Source: Octopus sinensis
Lineage: Eukaryota
NCBI RefSeq assembly: GCF_006345805.1
Contig: NW_021834698.1
Location: 1-44,751, forward strand
Length of the DNA stretch: 44,751 nt
Reading direction: 5' to 3'
Within the stretch, counting starts at the first letter, position 1, and each line of letters opens with the position of its first letter. The notes beneath the pieces are model-generated. The model did no database searches and was not told the origin of the DNA. It saw only the letters and a program-made list of their open reading frames with translations. Position numbers and translations under genes: made by a program. Below are positions 33,558 to 44,751 of the stretch, piece by piece.

Positions 33558-33700
33558 GGAAAAAATACTATCACAAGGTTAGTACAATGGTCCAATAGTA
33601 TAGAAGTCGTTGACTGGTTTAAAGCCATTAAGAATAAGAATAAAGCGAGATTCACGCAATTCGGATAGCATTTTTTTCGATGGCCCGATAACTGAAGAGA
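33558..33700 (+). mobile_element. Decayed Penelope-like element RT fragment
   Basis: VQWSNSIEVVDWFKAIKNKNKARFTQF then FDGPITEE, resembling the PLE RT motif QWxNTxxVIxWF...FIQFDIxxFYPSITE (recalled). Confidence 0.65.
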
Positions 33701-33985
33701 TGCCGGCGTGGGTTTCCGCCCCGACATCTGAAACTCGGAGTTTTATCATGGCTACCGAATAATTGTCACATATTATATTTACAGATAAATTCCTTATTTA
33801 CATAATATCGAGGTCTCTTTCGTTCTTTTGTTGTCTTGCCATTTCTATCAATATATATATAGTACTTCGTTGTGCCATTTATTTACTTTTATGTATAATA
33901 TTACCCTCACGGGCTATCCTTTACTGGAAAGCAATACTCTCGTATTGCATTACTATTTTCATTATATAATATATATATATATATA

Positions 33986-34390
33986 TAGGGTGTTCTAAAA
34001 GTCACTGATAGGTTTCAGTTTTTAATAACTTCCTTAACTTTACAAATAAATGCATGAAATTTTGATACAATATAAAGGATATAATGGAAATTTTTATGCG
34101 CATGTCAAATTGTGCAACACCGCTACATAACATATGAAAAATGTCATCCCTTAAATGGTAGACATTTTCGGTTTCTCACGCCCGTGCTCTTTCCAGGGTG
34201 TTATGGTGCACCATAACACCCTCAAGAGTTTCAGACCCCACTTCTCTGATTTTTCTATTGATGTTCTCCTTCAGTTGCACCAGGGTGTCCGATCTGTTAA
34301 CGTAAACCTTCTCTTTCAGGTATCTCAACTAGAAAAAAAATCCGGGCTAATCAAGTCTGGGGAACGTAAAGGCCATTCAGAGAAGGCCTA
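33986..34390 (-). mobile_element. Tc1/mariner-superfamily transposon 3' end with TIR
   Basis: Minus strand WPLRSPDLISPDFF..(GY)LKEKVYVNRSDTLVQLKENI; TA|TAGGGTGTTC terminus. Confidence 0.8.
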
Positions 34391-34394
34391 ACAC

Positions 34395-34535
34395 ATGGTT
34401 CCAGCAAGATGGGGCAATTGCTCATACTGCAAGAGACACAATGCAGTTGCTGCGGCAGTGCTTTGGAGAGAGAATAATCTCCCGCTGCGACAATGTCAAC
34501 TGGGGACACCTGAAAGAGAGGGTTTACCCCAACAA
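34395..34535 (+). mobile_element. Tc1/mariner-superfamily transposase catalytic fragment with internal deletion
   Basis: WFQQDGAIAHTARDTMQLLRQCFGERIISR..NVNW|GHLKERVYPNN; the PPRSPDL..DFFLW segment is missing. Confidence 0.8.
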
Positions 34536-34577
34536 TGGCGCGCGCGAGTGTGTGTGTATGCGTGTGCATGTATGCGC

Positions 34578-34638
<61 letters not shown>

Positions 34639-34730
34639 CACAAACACACACAACGTGTATGTATATATGTGTATGGTGAGATATCTTAATGTATGTCTAT
34701 GTGTGCGTGTGTGTGTGTGTGTGTGCTCTT

Positions 34731-35103
34731 TATTCTTTTACTTTTTTCAGCCCTTTGACTTTTGCCATGCTCTTAACCAAGGACTTATTCTTCGTAAGCC
34801 TAGTACTTATTCTATCGGTCACTTTTGCCGAACTGCTAAGTTACGGGGACGTAAACACACCAGCATCGGTTGTCAAGCGATGGTGTGGGAGGGACAAACA
34901 CAGACACACAAAAATACACACACACACACACACATATATACGACGGGCTTCTTTCAGTTTCCGTCTACCAAATCCACTCACAAGACTTTGGTCGGCCCGA
35001 GGCTATAGTAGAAGACACTTGCCCAAGGTGCCACGCAGTAGGACTGAACCCGGAACCATGTGGTTGGTAAGCAAGGTACTTACCACACAGCCACTCCTAC
35101 GCC
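34731..35103 (-). mobile_element. SINE family A with deleted tail segment
   Basis: Head, microsatellite and body intact; tail lacks GGAGCACCGCC block. Confidence 0.88.
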
Positions 35104-35142
35104 TGTATGTACAAAGATAGGTAGGTAGGTAGGTAGGTAGGT

Positions 35143-35466
35143 GAAGGCGCGTGGCTTAGTGGTTAGGGCATACGGCTCACCATTATAAGGTCGTGAGTTC
35201 GATTCCCGGCAACGTGTTGTGTCTTTGAGCAAGACACTTTATTTCACGTTGCTCCAATCCACTCAGCTGGCAAAAATGAGTTGTACCTGTATTTCAAAGG
35301 GCCGGCCTTGTCACACTCTGTGTCACGCTGAATCTCCCTGAGAACTACGTTAAGGGTACACGTGTCTGTGGATTGCTCAGCCACTTGCACGTTAACTTCA
35401 CGAGCAAGCTGTTCCGTTGATCGTATCAGCTGGGACCCTCGTCGTCGTAACCGACGGAGTGCTCCT
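35143..35466 (+). mobile_element. SINE family C, full length, inserted in (TAGG)n
   Basis: A and B boxes, CTTTGAGCAAGACAC motif; (TAGG)n on both sides. Confidence 0.9.
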
Positions 35467-35611
35467 ATAGGTAGGTAGGTAGGTAGGTAGGTAGGTAGGT
35501 AGGTAGGTATGGAGGGAGGGAGGCAGACAGGCAGGTAGGTAGGTAGCTGATCCTTCGAACTGATAGACATAGCTAAAAAATCTGCCTCGTCATATCCTAC
35601 AGTCCAAAATA

Positions 35612-36030
35612 TATTTCTTTACTGCCCACAAGGGGCTAAACACAGAGGGGACAAACAAGGACAGACGAAGGGATTGAGTCGATTACATCGCCCCCAGTGC
35701 GAAACTGGTACTTTATTTATCGACCCCGAAAGGATGAAAGGCAAAGTTGACCTCGGCGGAATTTGAACTCAGAACGTAACGACAGACGAAATACCTATTT
35801 CTATTTCTTTATTACCCACAAGGGGCTAAACATAGAGGTGACAAACATGGACAGACATAGGTATTAAGTCGATTATATCGACCCCAGTGCGTAACTGGTA
35901 CTTAATTTATCGACCCCGAAAGGATGAAAGGCAAAGTCGATCTCGGCGGAATTTGAACTCGGAACGTAAAGACGGACGAAATACCGCTAAGCATTTCACC
36001 CGGCGCGCTAACGACTCTGCCAGCTCGCTG
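35612..36030 (-). mobile_element. SINE family B dimer with 14-16-bp TSD
   Basis: CCTACAGTCCAAAATA at 35596-35611 and 36031-36046. Confidence 0.92.
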
Positions 36031-36871
36031 CCTACAGTCCAAAATAAGGAAACGACACATCAAGATAATACAGTATTTCATTTATTCGCTGCCCATAAAA
36101 GGAATCCTTGCTGTTTACAGCTCGGCTTTTTATTACAGGTTTCTTCGGTCACAGTTGACCTACAACCAAACAGCAACAACAGACAAAGCAACATGTCCCT
36201 TCCTGCTTGCGCTCCTAACCTCAAAAATAAGAAATAATTATAAACCAGCCCAGTAGAACTCGGTTATTTTCTGTTGATCCCCACCGCGGGAGGTCAATAG
36301 ACTCTGCCTTTCCATCTGTGACTAACACATAAAATAAATCCTAAAGAGGTGATTATTTTTTCACGACAGCATTATCTAAACAATGCGAAAAACTACGTAG
36401 AAATATTTCTCTTTAAAAATAAAAATTGTTCTAGTTTCACTTAGGTTTTATTATCATCGCCTATTCTACTCTCCAATACACATTTTTATGTGGCAGAGGG
36501 GCGGGACAAAGGCGGTGCATCTGTGCTCAACTGATCAGTCAGTTTGTATATTTGTATCCTGGTTTTTCATTACTCTTTTTGTTAACGTGACTTTACGTAG
36601 CTTTTATACTGTTAGAGCATGCGCAGTATGGCCGAATGGTTAAGTTATTTTCGAAAAACGTAATTATAAATATTGAAGCAAAATATTTTTCTGATGACAT
36701 CTTAATGAGTTTTAGAGCAAAAATACATATAATATGTAATCAAGATGCACGCTTGGGTTTATGTGAAATCCAGGTTTTCCCGGAAGACCACATTTAAGTG
36801 CCTCCAAGAAGTATGCAGTTTTAAGGCCATAGATCCCCGCCCCTTGGTTTACATTCTCTCTTTCGAACCTT

Positions 36872-36926
<55 letters not shown>

Positions 36927-36989
36927 CTCTCTCTCTCTCTCTCTTAAACACACATACACATATCTTTCCGCTTATGTATATATTATTGT

Positions 36990-37215
36990 ATTCTTTTATT
37001 TGTTTCAGACATCTGACTGCGGCCATGCTGGAGCACCGCCTTTAGTCGAACAAATCGACCTCAGGACTTATTCTTTGTAAGAAGCCTAGCACTTATTCTA
37101 TCGGTCTCTTTTGCTGAACCGCTATATTACGGGGACGTAAATACACCAACATCGGTGTGAAGCAATGGTGGAGGAACAGACACAGACACACAAATACATA
37201 CACATATACATACAT
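36990..37215 (-). mobile_element. SINE family A tail and body
   Basis: Matches family A 3' half; followed by TA/TG microsatellite. Confidence 0.85.
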
Positions 37216-37283
37216 ATATATTCTTTTATTCTTTTTTATATTAATATATATATGTATGTATATATGTGTGTATATATGTATGT

Positions 37284-37558
37284 GAAGGCGCATGGCTCAG
37301 TGGTTAATGTGTGACAGTCACGACTACGAGATCGTGGGTTCGATTCCCAGACTGGGCACTTCATTTCGCGTTGCTCTGCAATCATTTCGTTATCTGACAT
37401 GTGTCACCTGTTGCACCTGTACAGGTAATGTCAATTTGATGGAGGGAGTGAGCTTATGCCAACACAAACATTTGATCACTATAAACAAATAATCTGTGTA
37501 ATTGTTCAGTAAGAAATTGTCAAACCCTCATATATTGTCTAACGACGGGAGAATCCAC
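37284..37558 (+). mobile_element. SINE family F: C-like tRNA head with a different body
   Basis: GAAGGCGCATGGCTCAGTGGTTAA...GGGTTCGATTCCC; end CTAACGACGGGAGAATCC resembles the family C end. Confidence 0.65.
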
Positions 37559-37595
37559 CAGAGTACATCATATGTGTGTGTGTGTTGTGTGTGTA

Positions 37596-37802
37596 GTAAA
37601 TCCAAAAAAGAAGAACAAACACAAAAAAACAACAACAACGCGAGGACGTGGTAATGTAAAGTATTAGCAGACGCTCAGGGAAGGAAAGAAAGATGGTTTA
37701 ACGTTTCGAGTAAACGCTCTTCTTCGGAAACAGAGGAACGTTCAATAAAAAGGAAGACGGAGGAAGAAAATCGCCAACGATTCACATGTGGTTACATTTT
37801 GA
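37596..37802 (-). mobile_element. Repeat family E, diverged; hammerhead-like motif at 37696-37731
   Basis: Minus strand GTTT CCGAAGA A GAG CGTTTA CTC GAAAC GTT AAAC. Confidence 0.7.
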
Positions 37803-37827
37803 AATATATATATGTGTGTGTGTGTGT

Positions 37828-37890
<63 letters not shown>

Positions 37891-37919
37891 ATGTATGTAT
37901 GTATGTATGTATGTATGTA

Positions 37920-39264
37920 TTAGGTTGTTCGGAAAGTTCAGAGCCGTTTTTACTATGTAAATAGGGATATAAATAATAGAGCTTTCAATAAATTTTATTT
38001 AATGAAATAATTTCTGTTATTATTAACGAGCTTTGCCCATCTGTCAGGCAATTTAAATATTCAACCAGCATAAAATTTGACTGATTTTGAAGAAAAAAGT
38101 TCTCTAGATGCATTTTGACTCCATCTAAATCGTTAAATGTTTTCCCTTGCAATGAGTTCTGTAGAGAGAAAAGCAAGTGGTGGTGGGATGGCGCAATATC
38201 AGGAGAATATGGTGGATGGGGTAACAGATCCCAGCCAAGTTCATGTAACTTTATTCGGGTAACCAAAAACATGTGGTTGAGCGTTGTCTTGTTGGAACAC
38301 TATCCTTTTCCTGTTGGCAATCCCGGGTCACAATTCTTTGATTATTTTTTTTTTTTTTGTTCAAATTAACCAGCTGACGACAGCACACATCAGAATTAAT
38401 GGTCTGATTCTATGGGAGAAGCTCATAATAAATAATGCCTTTATGATCCTACAAAGCATTACTTTTTTGGCATGGATATTCGTCTTTAGCAGCTGTTTGG
38501 GGGGACCCTTACGCAAATTCCAAGGTCTTTTTCGCACTATGCTTTCGTACAATTTTGGGGTACCCTTACGCAAACTCCATTTCACACTACGTTTTCGTAC
38601 AAAATCCATTTTTCATCTCCAGTCACAAGTTGTTTCAAAAAAGGTATGCTTTCATTCCATTTCAAAAGTACATCACAAACGGAATACCATTCCAAGCATT
38701 TCTTTTCTGTGAGCTTGTAAGGGACCCATGCATTATAACGAGAAATGTATCCTAGCTTCACTAGGCGTTCCTGAGCCGTACTTTTAGAAACTTCCAACTC
38801 CTCTGCAAGTTCTCTCATTGTGATATTTGAGTTTTCCTAGATTTTTGCCTTCAGAACATCTTCATCCAATGTCGAAGGTTTTCCACTGCGACTGTCATCT
38901 TCCAAGCTAAACTCCTCAGCTTTAAATCTTGCAAACCACCTTCGAACAGTTGATTCACCAACAGCATCATCATCACCATAAATTTCACAAATGTTTTTGC
39001 AAGTTTTTGCAGCATTTTCTACTTTTCTCTTTTAAGAAAAGAAAAGCATTACAACGCGAATATGAAATTTTGGGTGATCCATTTTAAATGTCAATCAAGG
39101 GTAACCAGAATGAAAGATAAATCCATTTTTAGTCAGGAACAAAGAAGAGATGCCCTACCACTTCAAGCAACGCCAAAGTTTTAACCGTGTTACGTTTCAG
39201 GTGTGTTCAAAGAAACGTTAAAAGATTTGGCTTCAAAGCACTCAGAACTTGACGGACAACCTAA
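37920..39264 (-). mobile_element. Full-length decayed mariner transposon, 1345 bp
   Basis: TA|TTAGGTTGTTCGGAAAGTTC ... GAACTTGACGGACAACCTAA|TA; transposase pseudogene from ATG at about 39082 with WVPYKL, TGDEKW and YSPDIAPS motifs, stops and frameshifts. Confidence 0.95.
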
Positions 39265-39269
39265 TATAT

Positions 39270-39433
39270 ACGACGGGTTTCTTTCAGTTTCCGTCTACCA
39301 AATCCACCCCGAAGGCTTTGGTCAACCTGGGGCAACAGTAGAAGATTTTTAACCTAAACTGTCACGCAGTGTGACTGTACCCGGAACAATGTGGTTGAGA
39401 AGCAAACTTCTCACCACAAAGCCACGCCTGTGC
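39270..39433 (-). mobile_element. SINE family A head, diverged
   Basis: TATACGACGGGTTTCTTTCAGTTTCCG...CACAAAGCCACGCCTGTGCC. Confidence 0.8.
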
Positions 39434-39864
39434 CAACGAACGGACAGTGAGTCAGAGACAGATAAATATAAAATTATGGCGCATTATTAATATATGACGT
39501 CATCTACTGATATAATAACTTTTGTTATCACGTGACTGGAAATAGATTTAATATAACAGCACCGATACGCTGTTGTAAACTGCGTATATATACCTGAACC
39601 TACACACTGCAGTAGACTACATGTTCCCCAGTATATAAATACATCTATAGACTATCGATGTTATGTGAATAAGTGCATGCTACAAGCAAAACTTTGAAGT
39701 CCCAAATAACCCATTATGCATAATATACTTAACTCCTGTAAAAGTATTGAATCCTCGCTTTAATAAAAATATATATAACTTTATAATTTAACCCCCAAAA
39801 CATGAACACTTATATACAGATATTCATGCATAATACATACATACATAACATATATGATAGATCA

Positions 39865-40034
39865 CCAGCCACTACACATTCTTTATTTTCTCTCCTTGTT
39901 TCTTTCTGTGTTCCTTTCTGTGGAAGAGCTTTGGCTCGAAACATTAAAGACTTTTTCACTTCCCAAGCGTTATACTAAAACATCTGTTTGTTGTCTACAC
40001 ACCCGTCTTCGACTTTTTTTGTCAATTCTCCCTA

Positions 40035-40035
<1 letters not shown>
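39865..40035 (+). mobile_element. Second family-E-related element with a variant hammerhead-like motif at 39914-39949
   Basis: CTTT CTGTGGA A GAGC TTTG GCTC GAAAC ATT AAAG; flanks differ from family E; followed by (TA)n. Confidence 0.55.
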
Positions 40036-40071
<36 letters not shown>

Positions 40072-40132
40072 TCTTATTTTCCCCTTACATTTCCACATGT
40101 ATTTTATATTTTTTTTTTGTAACATATTTCTA

Positions 40133-40211
<79 letters not shown>

Positions 40212-40339
40212 ACTATACTCAACAGTGAACATTGGATATGTATTATATGTGACCGTGTTCTGTTGTCAAAATTAGGATACGTGAACCATATGATGTCACA
40301 TGAAAATCGTAGGTAATGATATTGGACACCAACCACCTC

Positions 40340-40612
40340 TTACGATTTGTGTCATATATCGCAAAACCTGTAAGACAATATCTGGACTTAAAAGACATAT
40401 GCTAGTTCACAAAGACATTCCTTCAGAATCAGATTCCAAAGAGCAAAAATATAGAAGAAACTTGAATAATATCTGTCACTTGTGTTTTTAACCCTATCAG
40501 TCAGCAGCTGGTCTTAAAAGTCGTCTATGAGCTCATCGACGGAGTGATTGTATTGTGTGATGGGATGTGGTGTGTGTTGATGGGACGGCTATCATCTCTC
40601 AAGATGAAGGAC
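40340..40612 (+). mobile_element. Decayed pair of C2H2 fingers and UTR, probably an RTE LINE 3' end
   Basis: ICVIYRKTCKTISGLKRHMLVH and ICHLCF*PYQSAAGLKSRL*AHR; the GLxSHxRxH-type terminal finger is typical of RTE ORFs. Confidence 0.55.
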
Positions 40613-40811
40613 CGCGTGTGTACCGTTGGCGATTTTATTCCTCCGTCTTCCCTTCTCTGGATCTTTCCTTTTCCTGTGTTTCTGACGAAGAGCTCCGCTC
40701 GAAACGTTAAACCCTCCTTCTTCCCTTCCTTCCTGAGCGTCCAATAATACTATATTTGTTCCACGTCCTCACGTTGTTGTGTTTTCTCTTTGTGTTTTCA
40801 TGTTTGGATTA

Positions 40812-40816
<5 letters not shown>
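40612..40816 (+). mobile_element. Repeat family E, best-preserved copy; hammerhead-like motif at 40678-40712
   Basis: GTTT CTGACGA A GAGC TCC GCTC GAAAC GTT AAAC; 3' end GGATTAACTTT abuts (TA)n. Confidence 0.8.
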
Positions 40817-40880
<64 letters not shown>

Positions 40881-40883
<3 letters not shown>

Positions 40884-41155
40884 GCAAAGTCGACTTCGGC
40901 GGAATTTGAACCCAGAATGTAACGGCAGACGAAATACGGCCACGCATTTCGCCCGGCGTGCTAACGTTTCTGCCAACTCGCCACCTTAATTAATTACATA
41001 TTCTTTTCTACTCTAGAACCAAGGCCCGAAAATTTGGGGGAGAGGGCCAGCGATTAGATCGACCCCAGTAAGCAACTGGTACTTAATTTATCGACCCTGA
41101 AAAGATGAAAGGCAAAGTCGACCTCGGTGGAATTTGAACTCAGCACGTACAGACG
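40881..41155 (-). mobile_element. Two partial SINE family B elements
   Basis: 40881-40986 is a head plus B box, cut by (TA)n; 41001-41155 is a tail plus central domain without head. Confidence 0.85.
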
Positions 41156-41167
41156 ACGTCCTAAAGA

Positions 41168-44100
41168 TTCTTTTCTACTCAAGAAACAAGGCCCGAAAAT
41201 TTTGGGGAGGGGGGCCAGTCGATTAGATTGATCCCAGTGCATAACTGGTACTTAATTTATCGACCCTGAAAGGATAAAAAGCAAAGTGGACCTCGGCGAA
41301 ATTTGAACTCAGAACGTAACAGCAGACGAAATACCTATTTCTTTATTACCCACAAGGGGCTAAACACAGAGAGGACAAACAAGGACAGACACACGGATTA
41401 AGTCGATTATATCGATCCCAGTACATAACTGGTACTTATTTAATCGACCCTGAAAGGATAAAAAGCAAAGTGGACCTCGGCGAAATTTGAACTCAGAACG
41501 TAACAGCAGACGAAATACCTATTTCTTTATTACCCACAGGGCTAAACACAGAGAGGACAAACAAGGACAGACACACGATTAAGTCGATTATATCGATCCC
41601 AGTACATAACTGGTACTTATTTAATCGACCCTGAAGGATAAAAGCAAGTGGACCTCGGCGAAATTTGAACTCAGAACGTAACAGCAGACGAAATACCTAT
41701 TTCTTTATTACCCACAAGGGGCTAAACACAGAGAGGACAAACAAGGACAGACACACGGATTAAGTCGATTATATCGATCCCAGTACATAACTGGTACTTA
41801 TTTAATCGACCCTGAAAGGATAAAAAGCAAAGTGGACCTCGGCGAAATTTGAACTCAGAACGTAACAGCAGACGAAATACCTATTTCTTTATTACCCACA
41901 AGGGGCTAAACACAGAGAGGACAAACAAGGACAGACACACGGATTAAGTCGATTATATCGATCCCAGTACATAACTGGTACTTATTTAATCGACCCTGAA
42001 AGGATAAAAAGCAAAGTGGACCTCGGCGAAATTTGAACTCAGAACGTAACAGCAGACGAAATACCTATTTCTTTATTACCCACAAGGGGCTAAACACAGA
42101 GAGGACAAACAAGGACAGACACACGGATTAAGTCGATTATATCGATCCCAGTACATAAATGGTACTTATTAATCGACCCTGAAAGGATTTAAAAGCAAAG
42201 TGGACCTCGGCGAAATTTGAACTCAGAACGTAACAGCAGACGAAATACCTATTTCTTTATTACCCACAAGGGGCTAAACACAGAGAGGACAAACAAGGAC
42301 AGACACACGGATTAAGTCGATTATATCGATCCCAGTACATAACTGGTACTTATTTAATCGACCCTGAAAGGATAAAAAGCAAAGTGGACCTCGGCGAAAT
42401 TTGAACTCAGAACGTAACAGAGCGAACGAAATACCTATTTCTTTATTACCCACAAGGGGCTTAAACACAGAGAGGACAAACAAGGACAGACACACGGATT
42501 AAGTCGATATATCGATCCCAGTACATTAACGGGTACTATTTAATCGACCCTGAAAGGATATAAAAAGCAAAGTGGACCTCGGCGAAATTTGAACTCAGAA
42601 CGTAACAGCAGACGAAATACCTATTTCTTTATTACCCACAAGGGGCTAAACACAGAGAGGACAAACAAGGACAGAACACGGATTAAGTCGATTATATCGA
42701 TCCCAGTACATAACGGTACTTATTAATCGACCCTGAAAGGATTAAAAAGCAAAGTGGACCTCGGCGAAATTTGAACTCAGAACGTAACAGCAGACGAAAT
42801 ACCTATTTCTTTATTACCCACAAGGGGCTAAACACAGAGAGGACAAACAAGGACAGACACACGGATTAAGTCGATTATATCGATCCCAGTACATAACTGG
42901 TACTTATTTAATCGACCCTGAAAGGATAAAAAGCAAAGTGGACCTCGGCGAAATTTGGAACTCAGAACGTAACAGCAGACGAAATACCTATTTCTTTATT
43001 ACCCACAAGGGGTTAAACACAGAGAGGACAAACAAGGACAGACAAACGGATTAAGTCGATTATATCGACCCCCAGTAACATAACTGGTCTTATTTAATCG
43101 ACCCTGAAGGATAAAAAGCAAAGTGGACTCGGCGAAATTTGAATCAGAACGTAACAGCAGACGAAATACCTATTTCTTATTACCCACAAGGGGTTAAACA
43201 CAGAGAGGACAAACAAGGACAGACAAACGGATTAAGTCGATTATATCGACCCCAGTACATAACTGGTACTTATTTAATCGACCCTGAAAGGATAAAAAGC
43301 AAAGTGGACCTCGGCGAAATTTGAACTCAGAACGTAACAGCAGACGAAATACCTATTTCTTTTACCCACAAGGGGTTAAACACAGAGAGGACAAACAAGG
43401 ACAGACAAACGGATTAAGTCGATTATATCGATCCCAGTACATAACTGGTACTTATTTAATCGACCCTGAAAGGATAAAAAGCAAAGTGGACCTCGGCGAA
43501 ATTTGAACTCAGAACGTAACAGCAGACGAAATACCTATTTCTTTATTAACCAAGGGGTTAAACACAGAGAGGACAAACAAGGACAGACAAACGGATGAAA
43601 TTCGTCGATTATATCGACCCCAGTACATAACTGGTACTTATTAATCGACCCTGAAAGGATAAAAAGCAAAGTGGACCTCGGCGAAATTTGGAACTCAGAA
43701 CCGTAACAGCAGACGAAATACCTATTCTTTATTACCCAGGGGTTAAACACAGAGAGGACAAACAAGGACAGAAAAACGGATTAAGTCGATTATATCGATC
43801 CCAGTACATAACTGGTACTATTTAATCGACCCTGAAAGGATAAAAAGCAAAGTGGACCTCGGCGAAATTTGAACTCAGAACGTAACAGCAGACGAAATAC
43901 CTATTCTTTATTACCCACAAGGGGTTAAACACAGAGAGGACAAACAAGGACAGACACACGGATTAAGTCGATTATATCGATCCCAGTACATAATGGTAAT
44001 TATTTAATCGACCATGAAAGGATAAAAAGCCAAGTGGACCTCGGCGAAATTGAACTCAGAACGTAACAGCAGACGAAATACCTATTTCTTTATTACCCAC

Positions 44101-44315
44101 AAGGGGTTTTAACACAGGAGAGGACAAACAAGGACAGACAAACGGATTAAGTCGATTATATCGATCCCAGTGCGTAACTGGTACTTATTTAATCGACTCC
44201 GAAAGGATAAAAAGCAAAGTGGACCTCGGCGAAATTTGAACTCAGAATGTACAGACAGACGAAATCGTGCTAAGCATCTCGCCCAGCATGCTAACGTTTC
44301 TGCCAGCTCACCGCC
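41168..44315 (-). repeat. SINE-B-derived tandem array, about 17 units of 184 bp, bounded by one SINE head and one SINE tail
   Basis: Marker GC(A)AAGTGGAC recurs 17 times from 41281 to 44214 at 179-188-bp spacing (mode 184); head ...GCCAGCTCACCGCC at 44315; tail TTCTTTTCTACTC at 41168. Confidence 0.95.
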
Positions 44316-44689
44316 TTAATATGAATGTTTACTGCCATTACATTGAACGTGGGTCGGTTTAGTTCGGCTGTGGACGTATTTCAGTTTGAGAGGAAACGGC
44401 ATTTCACTGGACTACACAGGAATACGGTGTCCGGTCGTCTGTTGTCTTTCGAGAATTTATCGATATCTTTGTTTGTTTTGTGAATCAGCGTTTCATAGAT
44501 ACGGAGATTATCGGTGTTTGAATAGAAGTGATTGGTAATTGGTAACCGGTGTTCAATAATCGTAAAATGATTAATTGGGAAGGAAAGGAAAGAGGAAAGC
44601 AGGGGGGGGAAGAAGTGAAGTGAGTGAGAATGAAAGAGTGTGAAGGAAAATGAAGGAATCAGAGACAAAAGAAAAGGAGGCAAAAGGAA

Positions 44690-44751
44690 AAGAAGAAGAA
44701 GAAGAAGAAGAAGAAGAAGAAGAAGAAGAAGGGGGAGGAGGAGGAGGAGGA
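44690..44751. repeat. (GAA)n/(GGA)n tract
   Basis: Direct reading. Confidence 0.95.

Noticed and set aside
41168-44315. CRISPR-like array or retrozyme
   Set aside because: Units repeat in full with no unique spacers, there are no cas genes, and no CUGANGA...GAAA hammerhead core is present on either strand.
1-44751. Most ORFs in the six-frame track (poly-YI, HT, CV, SL, V, G, H products)
   Set aside because: They are translations of microsatellites or SINE bodies with no domain signature.

Overview
Eukaryotic, repeat-saturated, apparently non-genic DNA (intergenic or deep intronic). The SINE and repeat repertoire looks like an octopus genome; this is an inference from recalled repeat content, not a search. 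I find no supportable host protein-coding gene, and nearly all ORFs in the supplied track are microsatellite read-throughs. Supported content: one intact tRNA-Thr(UGU); at least five tRNA-derived SINE families (here A, B, C, D, F); LINE fragments of the CR1, RTE, R4/Dong and Penelope-like types; a full-length decayed mariner; two Tc1/maT-type transposase remnants; several TA-flanked MITEs; non-autonomous Helitrons; and many microsatellites. Most interesting: (1) the tRNA-Thr gene sits in a roughly 155-bp cassette (short leader, tRNA, trailer, T5, then a SINE/RTE-type 3' tail with terminal repeats) inserted inside a Tigger-like MITE, so it looks like a retroposed intact tRNA gene. (2) A roughly 200-bp repeat that abuts (TA)n carries a minimal type I hammerhead-ribozyme-like motif, with covariation across five copies. 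(3) SINE family B occurs as head-to-tail multimers inserted as single units with target-site duplications; one copy has expanded into an array of about 17 x 184 bp bounded by a SINE head and tail. Family names are working labels, coordinates were read by eye (a few bp uncertainty), and similarities to named elements are recalled, not computed.
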